Below, in pieces: positions 11,725 to 26,813 of a stretch of DNA of 64,000 nucleotides. How positions within the stretch are numbered: the stretch's first letter is position 1; every line of letters starts with the position of its first letter. The notes beneath the pieces were generated by a model that was not told the origin of the DNA, made no database searches, and saw only the letters and a program-made list of their open reading frames with translations. The stretch is from a virus, in the IMG/VR virus record IMGVR_UViG_3300023179_000056, positions 27,886 through 91,885 of that record. One strand, written 5' to 3'. A program made the position numbers and the translations under genes.

Positions 11725-14700
11725 TGGCCACAACAAAGTCGGTAGATTTTCTACCACCCATATTTCAAACCAGCACTAACAAGCAATTCTTATCAGCTAC
11801 ACTAGATCAACTGGTCCAGGAACCCGAATTCAAAAAAACACAAGGGTTTGTTGGACGTCATGTTGGCCCTGGAGTAAATCCCAATGACTACTATGTGGTT
11901 GAACCTACTGCCGCTCGATCAAACTATCAGCTGGAGCCGGGCGTTATAAGTTTAGTGCCAGATACTGATACCATTGCAGATGCAGTAACTTATCCAGGTA
12001 TCACTGATGCAATAGGTCGGCAAGGTGGATTCACCAACAATTCATCAAGACTGTATACCAGCGACTACTATACCTGGGATCCGTTTATAAACTTTGATAA
12101 GTTTACAAATTACAGTCAGTATTACTGGCTGCCGGGCGGTCCTATATCTGTGGGTGTGAGTGGAACTACAATTCCAACCACAGCTACCTATGACGTGACC
12201 AGAACAGACGCCTATTATGAATTTTCAAGCCTACCGGGCCAGAATCCAGTGATCACCTTGGTGCGTGGCGGAACTTACAAGTTTGCAGTCAATCAGGCAC
12301 CCGATGCTTTTTGGATACAATCAGACCCTGGTGTAAATGGACGCTTGCCGTATGCTCCCAACATCAGTTCTAGAACGGTGCTAGGCGTTACCAACAACGG
12401 TGAAGATTCGGGCACCATTACGTTTAGTGTACCTTATAAAACAGCTCAACAGTTTTATTACGATCTAACACTGGCCCCTACTATTACTGTTGCTGGGCAA
12501 GTTGATTTGGTAACCAACATTGATTACAATCAAATCAACGGAGCGTTAGTAGCTGCATTTTTTGCCAGCTATCCTTCAGGCATAGACGGTATAACTAATC
12601 TTCAAAATCGCACAGTGGTATTCAACAATACCACAGCACCTACTGATGTATATCAAATACAATACATAGGCACTGGTCCTAGCCAAACTATTCAGCTGGT
12701 ACCAGTGTTGTCAGTCCCGAGCCTGAACAAATTTACCATCATGTTTGGTGCCGAGTGGAGTAACACACAGTGGTACCTCAATGCATCGGGCTATTTTGAA
12801 CAAATACCGTTGCTGACTGCGGTACAAGATCTGCTGTGGTATCAAGACAGTACCAACCCAGAAATTTTTGGACAAATCAGACTGGTAGATCAAACTCAAG
12901 CAGCTTCTATCAATGTGGTCACTGACATCCTGGGCAAGAAAAACTACACCTCGCCCAATGGTGTGGTGTTCACCAACAATTTAAAGATCACATTTGAAGG
13001 CACAGTGTTTCCTGCCAGCTATCAAGCTCAGACTTATTATGTGGCCGGAGTAGGCACGGCTATACAGTTGTTGTTGGAAACTGATTATGTTACCCCTGAA
13101 ATTGCACACACTGCCAGTATTCCTTGGGATTTTGTTCCTTGGGATTCTGCCAACTGGGACGGAACACTGAATCAACCACTGGATCCTGATTACATCACAA
13201 TAGCACTGGATAGTCCTGATCTCAATGCCTGGACAAGATCAAATCGCTGGTTTCATATTGATGTAATCAACGCAGCAGCCGCATACAATAACACAATTCC
13301 GGTGTTAGATAACGCATTCCGTGCCAAACGTCCTATCATTGAATTCCGCGGCGGTACACGTTTGTACAACATGGGCACCGAGTCCAAAGATCCCATAAAC
13401 ATCATTGATCTCAATCAAACTGATGCTTTGTCCAATGTCAATGGCACCACTGAGTACTACATTGACGGTTATCAATTGCAACAAGGCAGCAGAGTTATTT
13501 TTGCACGCGATGCAGATCTTGCTGTGCGTGACAAGATTTATGTGGTAAATTTTGTCAGTCCAGCTTCGGTGCCATTGCCTGACAGTTCGTTGGTGGATCA
13601 GCCTATCATTGACCTAGTGCCAGCGGATGATGCATTGGCTCTGATTGATCAGTGTGTGGTTTGTTTGAGTGGTAATACACTGCAAGGTGTGACTTTTTAT
13701 TATGATGGTACACAATGGATTCGTGCACAGCAGAAAACAGAGGTGAATCAGAATCCCATGTTTGATGTTTACGATCAAGCAGGATACAGTTTGGGTAATC
13801 GTGTGGTTTACCCAAGCTCAACTTTTTCAACTGTCAAGAACAATATTGGTACTGTCACAGGCGGAAGCCCGTTGTTCAGTTATGCAATTGGTCCAGGAAC
13901 TGTGGCAGATACTGTGTTGGGATTTCCCCTAAGATATCTCAGCTTGAACAACATTGGCGATATTGTGTTTGATAACAATCTTTATGCAGATACTTTTATC
14001 TATGTCAAAGACAATATACAACAAACTGCCAATATCAGTATAGGGCATGTTCGACAATACGAAAATCGAACTGTGTATGCTAAAGAACTTGGCTGGCAAA
14101 AAGCCGCGGTCAAGAGTCAAGTTTATCAACAGTTTAATTTCACATACAGTACCACTCTCGTAACAGCATCTATATCAGGTACAACACTAACTGTGACTCA
14201 AGGTCCGGCCACAGGCTCACTGTTAATTGGGCAAAGTATCTCTGGCAAAGGGGTGGTGCCCGGTACTCAGATCACAGGATTGCTCACCGGAACCGGCGGA
14301 ACCGGAACTTATACTGTCACCCCGGCACAAACGGTTCTGTCTGAAATTATCACAGCAACCACACCATTGATCCTGGATGTGGCTGCTGTACCAACTGGCA
14401 TGATCCCCAGCGTTAAAGTCTATGCTACCAGTGTGAGTCAAAACTACAGTAGTTTATTTCAAGACCCAGGCAATTACACAGTTACCACCACCGATAACAC
14501 CACAACTATTAGATTCAATCCCACAACAAAAATAGTGCAGGGCGACATTGTTGAAGTATTAGTTCTGAGCGATCAAACAAGTGCTGTGGGATTCTATCAA
14601 GTTCCTGTCAACTTAGAAAACAATCCATTGAATGGCAATAACCCATACTTCACGTTGGGTACCATTAGAACACATTATGACACAATTGCACAAAACTTAG

Positions 14701-17700
14701 TCAATCTCACTGGGCCAGTGAATGGTGCCAACAACTCAAGAGACTTGGGCAATATTGTTCCGTACGGGTTGAGCATTTTGCAACAAAGCTCGCCTATGAC
14801 TCTGGCTGGATACTTCTTGCGCAAACCCGATTACGATATCTTTGCGTCATTGGCATTCAATTCTAGAGAATACGAAAAATTCAAAGCGCAGTTCCTGAAC
14901 ACAGCAGTTCAAGGTGATTACACAAACATGACAGTGGCAGAAATACTGAATGCAGTGTTTTCTGAAATTAACACAGGGCAGACCAGTTCAAATCCATTCT
15001 ATTGGTCAGACATGTTGCCCACCGGCACAGTGTATACTCAATTACAGACCACAGTGACTCCTATCACTGGGCTGGTGTTTGATCTCACACAAGTATACAA
15101 TTACACCTCAGCCAATTATCAAGCATTGCTGGTGTACATCAATGATCGATTGTTGACTAGAAATATTGAATATGTTGTCAGTACCGATGCACCAGTTATC
15201 ACAATCTTGATACCATTGGCAGTGGGAGAAGTTGTGACCATTCAAGAGTACGAAGCTACTTTTGGTAGCTATGTTCCTAACACTCCTACCAAGCTGGGAT
15301 TGTATCCAGCATATGTACCTGAAATATTTTTAGATGAAACTTATGTAACACCTACTGTTGTTATTCGTGGGCATGATGGATCCATTACTAGAGCGTTTGG
15401 TGATTTCCGTGATCAATTGTTGTTGGAATTTGAAACTAGAATCTACAACAACTTAAAACTAGATAACAATCCAGTACCTCTGACTGCCGCAGAAGTAATT
15501 CCAGGTCAATTCCGCACCACCGATTACAGTCTATTAGAGATACAAGATATTCTCAATCAAGACTTTTTGACCTGGGTGGGCTGGAACAAACTTGATTACA
15601 AAACACAAGATTATATTCCAGCCAACGAGTTTACTTGGAATTATAGCACAGCATCAAACAAACTCACTAGTGATCCATTGTTGATTGGCGCCTGGCGCGG
15701 TATCTACAATTATTTCTACGACACTATCTATCCTGCCACACGACCTTGGGAATTACTGGGATTCAGTGAGCGTCCATCATGGTGGGAAAATCAATACGGC
15801 CCGGCCCCGTACACTTCGGGTAACCTGGTGTTATGGGGAGATCTAGCAGCAGGCCTGGTAAGAGATCCAGTGGCTGCTTATGTGCGCCCGGAATACATTC
15901 GTCCTGAATTGTTGCAAGTAATTCCAGTTGATAGTGAAGGTCAATTGTTAAGCCCACAACAAGTGGTAGTAGGCAACTTTAACACAGCCGACTTTCGCAA
16001 GAGTTGGACAGCTGGTGATGACGGCCCTGTAGAAAACGCCTGGCGTACCTCAAGTGCGTATCCATTTGCCATCATGAGATTGTTGGCATTGACCCGCCCG
16101 GCTGAATTCTTCTCATTGTTTGCTGATAGAGATCTGTACCGATTTGATACTGATTACGATCAATACTTGTACAATAATCGTTATAGACTAGATGCCAATG
16201 GTGTTGAAGTGTATGGCAACGGCATCAGTAAAGCCAGTTATATTGATTGGATTGTGGACTTTAACCGAGTAAGTGGTATTAACTCAACTGCTGCACTCAC
16301 TGCTGATCTTAAAAATCTTGACGTGAGATTATGCTATAGAATGGCATCATTCACCGGCAAAAATCTACTGGAACTGTACACCGAGAAATCTAGTCCTAAC
16401 AGTTTAAACTCCAACTTGTTGTTGCCTGATGACAGTTACAATCTGTTGTTCTACAAAAACGTACCGTTTGCACAACTCACTTACTCTAGTGTGATTGTGC
16501 AAAGTACCGCCACGGGCTGGGCAGTGTATGGTTACAATATGAGTCAACCATATTTTAACATTTTGCAAAGCCGAGTCAATGGCAATCTGGGCACTATATC
16601 AGCCGGCAATAGCACAGTTCGTGTTCCAGTGACATATACCAATAATGTGGTACAAATTCCATATGGTTATGTGTTTACCAATCAAACATTAGTGGCTGAC
16701 TTCTTGTTGAGTTACGGCGCACTATTGCAAAGTCAAGGTGTTGTGTTCAACACATTGGAAAATGGATATGTGTTGGATTGGAATCAGATGGTCAGTGAAT
16801 TCTTGTACTGGAGCAATCAAGGCTGGGACACTGGCAGTATTATCAATCTGAATCCAGGTGCAAGCAAATTGATTGTGGAGCGTCCAGGCGCAATTGTTGA
16901 TAGCATTGCAGTGCAAACTGTAGAGAACATGGTGTTAAATGCCGATAGGGTTCCATTCAATGCCAGAGACTTGGTAATTGAAAGATTGGATAATACTTTC
17001 ACTATTACCAGCTTGACCACAGAAACTATCAACTTCCTCAACATCAAGTTCACCAGTTACGAGAACATGATTGTGTTGGACAACACCAGTATCTTTGCTG
17101 ACTTGATTTATAATCCCATAACTGGTGCAAGACAAAGTCGTATTAGACTGGTAGGATGGACCACTACAGAATGGAACGGGCAATTGAATGCTCAAGGATT
17201 CATATTAAATCAAGATGATATCAAGCCCTGGGATCCATTGAAGAAATACTCTCGTGGCGAAATTGTAAAATGGAAAAATACCTATTACAGTGCCATTGAC
17301 ATAGTACAGCCATCTGCAGAGTTTGATATCAATAACTGGAGAGTTAGTAACTATACATCAATACAACAAGGGCTGTTACCTAACTTGGCCAACAAGAGCA
17401 ATCAACTGGCCAACAGTTACAATATCTACACTGCTAATCTTGAACTCAACCAAGATTTATTCTCATATGCATTGATTGGGTGGAAACCTCGACAATACAT
17501 GGTAAATCTAGAATTAGATAGTACCAGCCAGGTGAGTTTGTATCAACAATTTTTAGGTACCAAAGGCACCGTACGTGCGGCTGACATATTCTCATTTGCT
17601 GACATAGGGCACGGTCCTACACAGTATCAGATTTATGAAAATTGGGCCATACTTCGCGGAGTATACGGTGCCAATGCTAACCGCAGCTTCTATGAACTGC

Positions 17701-20700
17701 AACTCAACGAGGCATTGCTAACTGCTAATCCTAGCACCGTACAGGTTATTTTGCCCAACCAAGCTAGTTTGGCTGAGCAAACAGTGCTGTTGAATAACTT
17801 ATGGAAATCCAGCTACAAGATAACAAGTCCAAATATATTGACCACTGTGACTTTGCCTATAGAGGATTCGGCATTGCCCAGTGCTGGTTATGTGAATTTT
17901 GATGATGTTGATATCACGGTATTTGATATCACAAACACTGCTGAACTAAGTGCTAATATTGACAATATCAATTTAGGAACTGACATATGGGTGGCACGTA
18001 TCAACAGTTATGATTGGGGCATTTATCGAACTAGTCAGATTCCGGGATATCTTGATTCGGTTACCACAAACCTTGACGGCACCAGTGTGTTTACCTTTAC
18101 TCAACCTCATGGTATTACTACCACTGGGCGGCTGTTTATAATTCGATTCTTCTCTGACGAGGTCAATGGAGTATACAACGTACTACGTATACCAAGTATT
18201 AATCAACTGGTTGCTGAATTTAGTTTTGTCAATGCTGGGCAAATTACTGCTGTTGGCAATGGTATTGGATTTGTATTGCAAACTCAACGTGTGAAACAAG
18301 CCAGTGATGTGATCTCATTACCGTATGCCAACAGTTTGATCCCAGGTAATAAAGTATGGGTAGACAACAATGGGTTGGGTCTATGGGAAGTGTTGGAAAA
18401 ACAACTAGTTTTCACATCCACAGACGAAATAAAAGCTGCTGTTCCACAAACCAATAGTGAATTTGGTCAAAGTGTAGCACAAAACAAAGACAATATCTAT
18501 GCAATTGTTGGTAGTCCAGCATACAATTCTGGCATTGGTGCAGCATACACTTACATACGATCAACAGTTAACCCATTTGCAGAAAATTCTGTTCTTGAAC
18601 TCAATGCCATAGACACTGTCGGATACGGACGCGCAGTCAGCATTGGCAATCAGACTTGGCAAGTAATAGGCGCACCGGCCAGTGATAACAACCTAGGATA
18701 TGCAGCCACGGTTTATAGAATCCCTGGCACCAGCACTTTCATAACTTCCGGTTTGCTCACAGTTCCAGTGGTCACTGACTTGGTATATCCAGCTGAGTTT
18801 GGCTACAGCGTAGCAATGAGCCAAGATGAGCATTGGATGTATATTGGTGCACCGGGAATTAATAAAGTTTTTGCATATGGATTGGTAGAGGTACAGACTC
18901 AAACTAAAAAATACACAACTACCGGCACTACATCAATTTTCAATTACAGTAATTACATTGTGATTGATTCACAATATCCCAATCAGCTTACTGTGGTCTT
19001 GAACAATCAAGAATTAACAGAAGGACTTGATTATATTTTAACAGCCAGCAGTGTAGTGTTTAATTCAACACCACCAAGTGATTTGATATTACAAATCAGT
19101 CGTAGAACTTCTGCAACTTATACCGGTGATGGATCAACACATTTGTTTTCGCTGAATGAATATTTGTACACCGCAGTCAACATCTACAGTTTTGTTGTGG
19201 CAGTCAACGGAGTATTGCAGCGTCCAAATATTGATTACGAATTCAACGCAGACTACAGTACCACTGGTAGAGATTTAATATTCTTCACCGCACCCGCTGC
19301 CGCAGCAGTAATTACAATAACCACCAACAGTTACTATACATTTGTTGATACGTTAGAGTTTACCATTGAATTCACAGCTTCAATCACAGGCAACACACTC
19401 TCAGTAACTGATATGCCAATTGGCTCTCCGTCTCTTGCTGTTGGCATGATTCTCAGTGGTACTGGTGTTGCACAAGGCACACGTATCACAGCACTGGTCA
19501 GCGGAACTGGTGGTACAGGAACATATCTAGTATCACCAGGACAGACCACAGCATCTACTGTTATCACAGCTAGATTGCCCGATGATAGTAGATTTGGTGA
19601 AAGTATTGCATGTACCATTGATGGAACTCAGATCCTCATTGGTGCACCAAATACTGATACTGGTAACGTGATAGATGCTGGTACAGTTTATGCATATGAT
19701 CGTTCAGTACAAAATTTTGTCATAACCAACGCTACTCAAACATCTTATACTGTGGATGGCGGTGTATTAATTTCACCTACTTTTGTAAATTTAAACAACA
19801 ATTTCTTGGTCAATACTGAAGACAACATAGACGGAACATTCTCTGTAAGTGGAGCCACAGTCACAGTCACAGTTCCACTGGCAGTGGGTGATGTGTTACA
19901 AGTACAACCAAACACATTTAGTTTATTGCAGATTGTAAATGCTAATACACCAAGTGTGGCTGCTAATTTTGGTAGCAGTGTAGACATGTGCCGATTCAGT
20001 TGCAGTGTGTACACAGGAGCACCACACGATAGTTCTGTGTTGTCACAGGCTGGATCAGTGCAACGCAACGTGAATCAAAGTCGTTTATACGGTACTACCA
20101 CTAGCCAAACAGTTGATCCTGAATTGACCCCAGGGCATAGCATCAGAATCAACAATCAACAAGTGGTATTGAGCAATCCTGATCAATGGATCGGCACAGT
20201 AATTTGGCCTGCCAACAGCTTGGTGCAAGATACCGGATCAGTGTATCAAGCTATTCGTACTGTACCAGTTGGTGTAACACTCAATGATGTAACCTACTGG
20301 AAGCAAAGTAGCTGGGTAGCAGTATTGGCAAATGATATCAACACATCTGGCATTGCCAACGTGATAGCCAGTACTGGTGCAATTGGAACAGCAACATTTG
20401 GATTATTAACTGTAAGCGTGAAGAATGTGTCAGCAGCTGATCCCGGCAATCGTGTTACTGTATTGCCGGGTCTGACAGGAACTATATTCCAGGCCCTAGG
20501 GTTCAATACCTATGCATACACACAAACTATTACCAGTCCGGCACCGTCAATCAACGCTAATTTTGGTGCAGCACTGAACATTGATACATCGGCTACTACA
20601 CTAACAGTAGGAGCACCGGGCGGAAACTTATATCGTCCCAACACGTTTGATCAGGGCACTACATATTTTGACGGTCGCACTACCACATTCAATGGACCGT

Positions 20701-23700
20701 TGTATCAAAGTGGTGTAGTGTACACATATGATTATCTAAGTAGTGCTTCAGACTCTGTGAGAGATCCAGGCAAGTTTGCATTTGGACAACAAATATATGA
20801 TCAACGTGTGCAAGAACTAGACCAGTTTGGTACTGCAATGGATTATACCAATGGTGTATTAATGATTGGTAGTCCAGGCAGTGATGTTGACGACAGCACT
20901 TTGAGTGAACTCAATTATGGACGTGTGGCAATATTCAGAAACGATACACTTACGCCAGCATGGGCAGTGATACATGAACAACTGCCTGTGGTTGATATTA
21001 AATTGATCAATTCTGTATACAGTTACAGCGCCAGCACTGGTGCTAAAACCACGTTCTTTGATTTTATTGATCCATTACAAGGAAAAATCCTAAGTGCTGC
21101 CGCTGAAAATATTAATTATACCAGTGCTGTGGATCCTGCTGCATACAATGTAGGCCCGGTGAACAACTATGGTAGAATTTGGGCCGAAACTCATGTGGGA
21201 GAAATTTGGTGGGATACCAACAGTGTGAGATTTGTTGACCCCAACCAAGACAACATCACTTATGCAGCTCGCCGTTGGGCACAAATATTCCCAGGATCCA
21301 CTGTTGATGTATATCAATGGGTCAGCAGTGCAGTACCTCCAGCTGGATACACAGGTCCGGGCACACCACGAGATATTGTCAGTTACAATGCAACCAATGG
21401 TATAAATGCCAATGGTATTTTTACTACCACTTATTATTTCTGGGTAAAAGGTATCACCACAATCAATACCACAGCTGGCAAAACTCTCAGCATCAATGGT
21501 ATTTCCAGATACATTGCAGACCCGCGCAGTTCAGGTATCCCTTATGTGGCATTCTTGAATGCCAGTTCAACTGGCATCTACAATGCAGTAAATGATATTT
21601 CTGCACAAGATACTATACTCAGTATTGAGTTTGATCAAGAATTAACCAGCGACAATGTTCACACACAATACAGTTTGATTCCTCAAGATCGTGCCGATGG
21701 ATTTCTTCCTGACAATCTGTATCTTAAATTTATAGACAGTCTTTGTGGAGTCAATTCCACTGGTGCAGCAGTACCTGATGTGACTTTGAGTCCAGCCAAT
21801 CGTTATGGCGTACAATTCCGCCCACGACAAAGCATGTTTGAGGATAGATTCTTGGCACTAAAGAACTATTTTGGCCGAGTTAATTCAGTACTAGCACAGT
21901 ATCCAATCACTGAAATTCGTAGTTTTGCATTGTTAAACAGTAGAGAACCTGAGCCACCGGCAGGAACTGGCGCCTGGGACAAGCGGGTAGCCAATCTTGA
22001 AGAGTTAAGTTATCAAAATCTTGCATCAGTTCCGGTAGGATATCTATATCTTGTGGCAAGTGATTCAGATCAAAATGGTCTATGGACTATCTATCAAGTT
22101 ACTGCAACAAAAACATTTGCTACCTTGGATCTAGTGCGAGTACAAAACTACGATACTCGTAGATACTGGAGTTATATCAACTGGTACTTACCGGGATACA
22201 ATCCTAGCAAATTGGTCATTGCCACAGTGGGGGTATACAGCGACCTCAGCAAGTTAAGTTTGTACCAAGCACCAGTGGGATCCAGTGTGCGAGTTACTGC
22301 AAACTCACAAAACAAGTGGGAAATATACCTGCGTGTGGCCACTGACACATGGGATCGTGTGGCTCTACAAGATGGTACTATAAAAATTTCTGCTGAATTG
22401 TGGGATTATCAATTGGGTCGCTTTGGTTTTGATACCGAAGTGTTTGATGCACAATACTTTGATCAAGAACCTGTAATTGAAACACGACGAATCATACAAG
22501 CAATCAATCAAGAACTATTAGTAGACGAACTGTTGATTGATCGCAACCGTGCATTGATCCTGATGTTTAATTTTGTACTCAGTGAGTTTGAATCTCCTGA
22601 TTGGTTGTCAAAGACTTCATTGATTGATGTGGATCATACTATTCGTGAATTGGTTGCATTCCAAACATATCAACGAGACAATCAAGATTTTGTGTTGGAT
22701 TACATCAAAGAAGTCAAACCGTATCATGTACAAATACGTGAATTCAATTTGATTTACAATGGTTTAGATAGCTATCAAGGGTCGCCAACTGACTTTGATG
22801 TACCTGCATATTACGACACTGATGTAATCCCCAATCAGTTTGTGAGTCCTATTCTGACTCCTTATACTGTGAGCACAGCACAGGGTACTGGGACTCCGGA
22901 TGACGCCAGTGACGCTGCATCTGACAGTTTGATATGGCAAGCACAGCCTTGGAATTTCTGGTATCAAAATCACACTCTGGCAGTGGTAGGTGCATCGGTA
23001 GCAGCAGCAGGATCAGGATACACTGTGGCCCCAGTGGCCACAGTTACCGGCGATTGTGTTACCCCTGCCGAACTAACAGTGACCATAAACAGTGCTGGGC
23101 AATTGACTGGAGTTGTAGTGAACAATCCTGGAGTGGGATACACTACCACTGCGTTGATAACCCTGAGCGGCGGCAATGGAACTGGAGGACAGTTGGTAGC
23201 AGTAATGGCCGGCCCAGGTGTTGGAACAGATCAAAATCCAATGGCAGCAAACAGCGGCGACACACAGTATTATAATCTGGTGCGCAGTTTCAATCTCACA
23301 ATGAAATATGATAGATATCAATATGTATCAACCATTGTGGATTGGGAGCCCAATGTGAACTATGACACTGGCACACAAGTTCGCTATGACAATCGTGTGT
23401 GGTCTGCAAATAGCCCTGACTCAACAGCGGTCAATTCTCAAACATTTGACCCTGCAGACTGGCTATTGGTCGATGCTGCCACATTGAGTGGTGTAGATCG
23501 TACCATGGGACTGTATGTGCCCACAGTGAACCAACCTGGGTTGGATCTGGGTCAGTTGATCAGTGGTATAACTTACCCAGGTGTACAAGTGAGTGCGCCG
23601 ACATTTGGACAAAATACTGGTTTTGATGTGGGCAATTTTGATATAAATCCATTTGATAATATTGCATATGGACCTGAGGGACTACCTACATATGATCCGG

Positions 23701-24590
23701 GCATACTGGACGTTATCTATCAAAGCAGATTCTCGGATATCTATTTGGGTCTGCGTGCCACAGACATCAATGTGGTTGGTGGAGAATTTGTTGGTCCTTT
23801 TGAAAGCCATGCACCAGAAGAGCTGATTCCCGGATCAGCATTTGACACCTTGGATTTCCGTGTGTTCACTCAAGTGAGTGTGGTAGCAGAATTGTTTGGT
23901 GATTTGGTGGTGCCAGAATCAGTGGATTTTAGAATTTTCCAAGACATGCGAGGCGCACAGGCCACTTACCGAATCACGCCTGATACCACAACCGTGCTCA
24001 CACAAAAATTGTTTAAAGATCAAGACACAATACATGTTGCAGATGCCGCAGCACTGGCACAACCCAATTTGCAAGCCAACATCTGGGGTGTGATCACCAT
24101 AAACGGTGAACGCATTATGTATCGTGAGATTGACACCAACAACAACACTGTGAGCAGTTTGTTGCGTGGCACAGCAGGTACCGCAGTGGCCGAGCATGAC
24201 TTGGGTTCCACTGTGTATAACATCAATAATGGCAACTTGGCGCCAGTTGAATATCAAGATCACGTGGTGTATACCAATACTTTAGCTGATGGCAGTACCA
24301 CAACATTCTCAGCACCAAATATCGATCTCAGTGCATTGACTGTGAGTTTTGCTGAACAAGCCATCTTGGTGTATGTGGCAGGCATACGGGTGTACACTGG
24401 ATACACTGTGGATTCTGTGGCACCTGCAACCATAACATTTGGCACAGCACCTGCTGCTGGTTATGAAGTTTCCATACTGGTACGTCAAGGATTTGGTTGG
24501 TATCAACCAGCAGCTGGCAATCCATCAGACGGCACAGCTCTGCAGGTCACCCAAACCGACGCCGCAAGGTTCTTCCGAGAACAAAATTAA
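11724..24590 (+). CDS. Giant baseplate/tail structural protein (4288 aa) with FG-GAP-like repeats
   Basis: Follows gp6-like gene; multiple FG.S.A....IGAP repeats; [10 protein letters not shown] motif near the C-terminus. Confidence 0.75.
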   Translation: MATTKSVDFLPPIFQTSTNKQFLSATLDQLVQEPEFKKTQGFVGRHVGPGVNPNDYYVVEPTAARSNYQLEPGVISLVPDTDTIADAVTYPGITDAIGRQGGFTNNSSRLYTSDYYTWDPFINFDKFTNYSQYYWLPGGPISVGVSGTTIPTTATYDVTRTDAYYEFSSLPGQNPVITLVRGGTYKFAVNQAPDAFWIQSDPGVNGRLPYAPNISSRTVLGVTNNGEDSGTITFSVPYKTAQQFYYDLTLAPTITVAGQVDLVTNIDYNQINGALVAAFFASYPSGIDGITNLQNRTVVFNNTTAPTDVYQIQYIGTGPSQTIQLVPVLSVPSLNKFTIMFGAEWSNTQWYLNASGYFEQIPLLTAVQDLLWYQDSTNPEIFGQIRLVDQTQAASINVVTDILGKKNYTSPNGVVFTNNLKITFEGTVFPASYQAQTYYVAGVGTAIQLLLETDYVTPEIAHTASIPWDFVPWDSANWDGTLNQPLDPDYITIALDSPDLNAWTRSNRWFHIDVINAAAAYNNTIPVLDNAFRAKRPIIEFRGGTRLYNMGTESKDPINIIDLNQTDALSNVNGTTEYYIDGYQLQQGSRVIFARDADLAVRDKIYVVNFVSPASVPLPDSSLVDQPIIDLVPADDALALIDQCVVCLSGNTLQGVTFYYDGTQWIRAQQKTEVNQNPMFDVYDQAGYSLGNRVVYPSSTFSTVKNNIGTVTGGSPLFSYAIGPGTVADTVLGFPLRYLSLNNIGDIVFDNNLYADTFIYVKDNIQQTANISIGHVRQYENRTVYAKELGWQKAAVKSQVYQQFNFTYSTTLVTASISGTTLTVTQGPATGSLLIGQSISGKGVVPGTQITGLLTGTGGTGTYTVTPAQTVLSEIITATTPLILDVAAVPTGMIPSVKVYATSVSQNYSSLFQDPGNYTVTTTDNTTTIRFNPTTKIVQGDIVEVLVLSDQTSAVGFYQVPVNLENNPLNGNNPYFTLGTIRTHYDTIAQNLVNLTGPVNGANNSRDLGNIVPYGLSILQQSSPMTLAGYFLRKPDYDIFASLAFNSREYEKFKAQFLNTAVQGDYTNMTVAEILNAVFSEINTGQTSSNPFYWSDMLPTGTVYTQLQTTVTPITGLVFDLTQVYNYTSANYQALLVYINDRLLTRNIEYVVSTDAPVITILIPLAVGEVVTIQEYEATFGSYVPNTPTKLGLYPAYVPEIFLDETYVTPTVVIRGHDGSITRAFGDFRDQLLLEFETRIYNNLKLDNNPVPLTAAEVIPGQFRTTDYSLLEIQDILNQDFLTWVGWNKLDYKTQDYIPANEFTWNYSTASNKLTSDPLLIGAWRGIYNYFYDTIYPATRPWELLGFSERPSWWENQYGPAPYTSGNLVLWGDLAAGLVRDPVAAYVRPEYIRPELLQVIPVDSEGQLLSPQQVVVGNFNTADFRKSWTAGDDGPVENAWRTSSAYPFAIMRLLALTRPAEFFSLFADRDLYRFDTDYDQYLYNNRYRLDANGVEVYGNGISKASYIDWIVDFNRVSGINSTAALTADLKNLDVRLCYRMASFTGKNLLELYTEKSSPNSLNSNLLLPDDSYNLLFYKNVPFAQLTYSSVIVQSTATGWAVYGYNMSQPYFNILQSRVNGNLGTISAGNSTVRVPVTYTNNVVQIPYGYVFTNQTLVADFLLSYGALLQSQGVVFNTLENGYVLDWNQMVSEFLYWSNQGWDTGSIINLNPGASKLIVERPGAIVDSIAVQTVENMVLNADRVPFNARDLVIERLDNTFTITSLTTETINFLNIKFTSYENMIVLDNTSIFADLIYNPITGARQSRIRLVGWTTTEWNGQLNAQGFILNQDDIKPWDPLKKYSRGEIVKWKNTYYSAIDIVQPSAEFDINNWRVSNYTSIQQGLLPNLANKSNQLANSYNIYTANLELNQDLFSYALIGWKPRQYMVNLELDSTSQVSLYQQFLGTKGTVRAADIFSFADIGHGPTQYQIYENWAILRGVYGANANRSFYELQLNEALLTANPSTVQVILPNQASLAEQTVLLNNLWKSSYKITSPNILTTVTLPIEDSALPSAGYVNFDDVDITVFDITNTAELSANIDNINLGTDIWVARINSYDWGIYRTSQIPGYLDSVTTNLDGTSVFTFTQPHGITTTGRLFIIRFFSDEVNGVYNVLRIPSINQLVAEFSFVNAGQITAVGNGIGFVLQTQRVKQASDVISLPYANSLIPGNKVWVDNNGLGLWEVLEKQLVFTSTDEIKAAVPQTNSEFGQSVAQNKDNIYAIVGSPAYNSGIGAAYTYIRSTVNPFAENSVLELNAIDTVGYGRAVSIGNQTWQVIGAPASDNNLGYAATVYRIPGTSTFITSGLLTVPVVTDLVYPAEFGYSVAMSQDEHWMYIGAPGINKVFAYGLVEVQTQTKKYTTTGTTSIFNYSNYIVIDSQYPNQLTVVLNNQELTEGLDYILTASSVVFNSTPPSDLILQISRRTSATYTGDGSTHLFSLNEYLYTAVNIYSFVVAVNGVLQRPNIDYEFNADYSTTGRDLIFFTAPAAAAVITITTNSYYTFVDTLEFTIEFTASITGNTLSVTDMPIGSPSLAVGMILSGTGVAQGTRITALVSGTGGTGTYLVSPGQTTASTVITARLPDDSRFGESIACTIDGTQILIGAPNTDTGNVIDAGTVYAYDRSVQNFVITNATQTSYTVDGGVLISPTFVNLNNNFLVNTEDNIDGTFSVSGATVTVTVPLAVGDVLQVQPNTFSLLQIVNANTPSVAANFGSSVDMCRFSCSVYTGAPHDSSVLSQAGSVQRNVNQSRLYGTTTSQTVDPELTPGHSIRINNQQVVLSNPDQWIGTVIWPANSLVQDTGSVYQAIRTVPVGVTLNDVTYWKQSSWVAVLANDINTSGIANVIASTGAIGTATFGLLTVSVKNVSAADPGNRVTVLPGLTGTIFQALGFNTYAYTQTITSPAPSINANFGAALNIDTSATTLTVGAPGGNLYRPNTFDQGTTYFDGRTTTFNGPLYQSGVVYTYDYLSSASDSVRDPGKFAFGQQIYDQRVQELDQFGTAMDYTNGVLMIGSPGSDVDDSTLSELNYGRVAIFRNDTLTPAWAVIHEQLPVVDIKLINSVYSYSASTGAKTTFFDFIDPLQGKILSAAAENINYTSAVDPAAYNVGPVNNYGRIWAETHVGEIWWDTNSVRFVDPNQDNITYAARRWAQIFPGSTVDVYQWVSSAVPPAGYTGPGTPRDIVSYNATNGINANGIFTTTYYFWVKGITTINTTAGKTLSINGISRYIADPRSSGIPYVAFLNASSTGIYNAVNDISAQDTILSIEFDQELTSDNVHTQYSLIPQDRADGFLPDNLYLKFIDSLCGVNSTGAAVPDVTLSPANRYGVQFRPRQSMFEDRFLALKNYFGRVNSVLAQYPITEIRSFALLNSREPEPPAGTGAWDKRVANLEELSYQNLASVPVGYLYLVASDSDQNGLWTIYQVTATKTFATLDLVRVQNYDTRRYWSYINWYLPGYNPSKLVIATVGVYSDLSKLSLYQAPVGSSVRVTANSQNKWEIYLRVATDTWDRVALQDGTIKISAELWDYQLGRFGFDTEVFDAQYFDQEPVIETRRIIQAINQELLVDELLIDRNRALILMFNFVLSEFESPDWLSKTSLIDVDHTIRELVAFQTYQRDNQDFVLDYIKEVKPYHVQIREFNLIYNGLDSYQGSPTDFDVPAYYDTDVIPNQFVSPILTPYTVSTAQGTGTPDDASDAASDSLIWQAQPWNFWYQNHTLAVVGASVAAAGSGYTVAPVATVTGDCVTPAELTVTINSAGQLTGVVVNNPGVGYTTTALITLSGGNGTGGQLVAVMAGPGVGTDQNPMAANSGDTQYYNLVRSFNLTMKYDRYQYVSTIVDWEPNVNYDTGTQVRYDNRVWSANSPDSTAVNSQTFDPADWLLVDAATLSGVDRTMGLYVPTVNQPGLDLGQLISGITYPGVQVSAPTFGQNTGFDVGNFDINPFDNIAYGPEGLPTYDPGILDVIYQSRFSDIYLGLRATDINVVGGEFVGPFESHAPEELIPGSAFDTLDFRVFTQVSVVAELFGDLVVPESVDFRIFQDMRGAQATYRITPDTTTVLTQKLFKDQDTIHVADAAALAQPNLQANIWGVITINGERIMYREIDTNNNTVSSLLRGTAGTAVAEHDLGSTVYNINNGNLAPVEYQDHVVYTNTLADGSTTTFSAPNIDLSALTVSFAEQAILVYVAGIRVYTGYTVDSVAPATITFGTAPAAGYEVSILVRQGFGWYQPAAGNPSDGTALQVTQTDAARFFREQN

Positions 24591-24602
24591 GCTAAATAAA
24601 TC

Positions 24603-24749
24603 ATGAAGCAAAATCAGCAGATCACCCCACAGACGCCACGCCAGGCACCAGTAGCTCGCCCAGACGAGCGTGGTGCTATTGCAGTATCAGGATTTTTAAA
24701 GATCTCTGATCCTGTGACCAAACAAATATTTGTGGAGAAAAAAGCATGA
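24603..24749 (+). CDS. Small protein (48 aa) similar to the N-terminus of the next gene
   Basis: Translated by hand: MKQNQQ...VSGFLKISDPVTKQIFVEKKA; TAAATA upstream; ATGA overlap with next ORF. Confidence 0.7.
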   Translation: MKQNQQITPQTPRQAPVARPDERGAIAVSGFLKISDPVTKQIFVEKKA

Positions 24750-25357
24750 TAATACCAGTTCAGATACAAGGGTTTGTAAAGATTTTTGATCCAAAATCTG
24801 GTGAAGTTTTTGTAGACAAAAAGAATTCAATACACTATGAAAACATGAGTATTTCTCTAGCCCAGACACTAAGCAATAGAACTCTAGCCCAAGGTGGCGG
24901 ATGGATTTATGCCATGGCATTCGGCAACGGTGGAAGTTCAGTTGACCCCACTGGTGTGATCACATATTTGCCACCCAATACCACCGGTGTCAATGCAGAC
25001 CTGTACAATGAAACTTTTGCCAAGGTAGTAGATGACAATTCTGCTGCTGACACTGATGTGACCAACAATTATCTACAGGTGTTGCACACCTCCGGGCAGG
25101 TGTACACTGATATTCTGGTGAGTTGTTTGTTGGACTATGGCGAGCCGCCAGGACAACAGCCTTTTGACAATTCAACCAATTTCAATGGAGAATATGTGTT
25201 TGACGAGCTGGGACTCAAAGCTGTAAACGGAGACACTACCAATCTTCGACTGATAACACATGTGATTTTTCACCCAGTACAAAAAAGTCTAAATCGCCAG
25301 ATACAAATTGACTATACTGTGCGAATTCAAACACTAACTAACCTAAGCACAACATAA
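24746..25357 (+). CDS. Conserved virion structural protein
   Basis: 203 aa; MAFGNGG...FDELGL...THVIFHPVQKSLNR motifs in tail operon. Confidence 0.6.
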   Translation: MIIPVQIQGFVKIFDPKSGEVFVDKKNSIHYENMSISLAQTLSNRTLAQGGGWIYAMAFGNGGSSVDPTGVITYLPPNTTGVNADLYNETFAKVVDDNSAADTDVTNNYLQVLHTSGQVYTDILVSCLLDYGEPPGQQPFDNSTNFNGEYVFDELGLKAVNGDTTNLRLITHVIFHPVQKSLNRQIQIDYTVRIQTLTNLSTT

Positions 25358-25409
25358 ATATGTGTAGACAAACAGGTAACACACACCTATAAGATTTGGA
25401 GCAAGCAAT

Positions 25410-26801
25410 ATGTCATATACAATCACTCTTACCGATGGTTCAACGTTCGCAACAATACCTGACGGAACCATCAACACCAGCTCAAGCATGACCCTGGTGG
25501 GCAAAAACTACGCTGGTTACGGACAGTTCATCAATGATGACATCATTCGTTTACTGCAAAATGGAGCAAATACCACAGCACCGGGGGCACCGCTGCAAGG
25601 TCAATTATGGTACGATCAAACCACAAACACCATGAAGATGTACTCCGGTAGTGCATTTAAGATTATTTCGGGTGCCACTTCCAGCGCCACAGCACCTTCT
25701 GTGTCCAATGTGGCAGGAGATTTGTGGTACGACAATGTAAATGCTCAGCTGAAAGTATACAGTGGTAGTGCCTGGTTGTTGGTGGGCCCGGCCTATACTG
25801 GAAATACCGGTGTGAGCGGAGCAATTGTCACAACCATTACAGACACCAATGCCATAAGTCATGTGGCTGTGGAAATGTATGTTGCTGATGCAGTTGTGGG
25901 CATTTTCAGCAAGGATGCTGCATATACCCCTGTTACACCGCCAGCAGGTGGCGGCTGGACCGGTAGTAAACAAGTGCAGCCAGGGTTGACCATGTCTGGT
26001 GCAATTTCTGGTGTAACTCCATTGTTTCAGGGCACAGCCAACAACGCCAATTACCTGGGCGGAACAGCAGCGTCGGGATTTTTGCGCACCACCACCAACC
26101 AAACCATGACAGGTACATTGGGTATCTTGAATGATACTGGACTGTCGGTGGGTGCAAGTTCCAGTTTTCGAGTTTCGGTAACTGGGTCAGATGTGTATGT
26201 GCGCAATCAAATATCCAATGGCAATTTGAATATACAAGCCAATGTGGGCGGAACCACAACCACAGTCATTGGCGTCAATGGCAGCACCGGCACAGTTAGT
26301 ATTCCTACTGTTTCGGTAGGAAACATTGTTAATGCCAATGCCAATGGTGTTGGCAATATTGGAAGCAGTAGCGGTTATTTCAACAAGGTATTTGCACAAG
26401 CTACCACAGCACTTTATGCCGACGTTGCAGAACGTTTTGCTGCTGATGAAATCTACGAGCCGGGCACTGTGGTTGAACTGGGTGGATCTGCAGAAATCAC
26501 AAGAGTGCTAATGGATGCCAGCGACAATGTATTTGGAGTTATTTCTACCCAGCCTGCATTTACCATGAATGGCGGTGCAGGGGATGACAATACTCACCCG
26601 CCAGTTGCCATGACTGGTCGTGTGCCTGTTCGTGTGACAGGTATTGTAAACAAAGGTGATCGATTGATCTCTGCAGGTGATGGTATTGCTCGTGCTGCAT
26701 TGGCTGGCGAAGCAACTGCATTTAATGTGATTGGTCGTGCATTATCCCACAAGCCCACCACAGGGGTAGGTACTGTAGAAGCCATTGTCACAATAAAATA
26801 A
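25410..26801 (+). CDS. Tail fibre/baseplate protein with C-terminal chaperone-like domain
   Basis: LVGKNYAGYG N-terminus, GQLWYD repeats, C-terminal YADVAERF...GRVPVRV domain. Confidence 0.7.
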   Translation: MSYTITLTDGSTFATIPDGTINTSSSMTLVGKNYAGYGQFINDDIIRLLQNGANTTAPGAPLQGQLWYDQTTNTMKMYSGSAFKIISGATSSATAPSVSNVAGDLWYDNVNAQLKVYSGSAWLLVGPAYTGNTGVSGAIVTTITDTNAISHVAVEMYVADAVVGIFSKDAAYTPVTPPAGGGWTGSKQVQPGLTMSGAISGVTPLFQGTANNANYLGGTAASGFLRTTTNQTMTGTLGILNDTGLSVGASSSFRVSVTGSDVYVRNQISNGNLNIQANVGGTTTTVIGVNGSTGTVSIPTVSVGNIVNANANGVGNIGSSSGYFNKVFAQATTALYADVAERFAADEIYEPGTVVELGGSAEITRVLMDASDNVFGVISTQPAFTMNGGAGDDNTHPPVAMTGRVPVRVTGIVNKGDRLISAGDGIARAALAGEATAFNVIGRALSHKPTTGVGTVEAIVTIK

Positions 26802-26813
26802 TAGGAAACCAGC

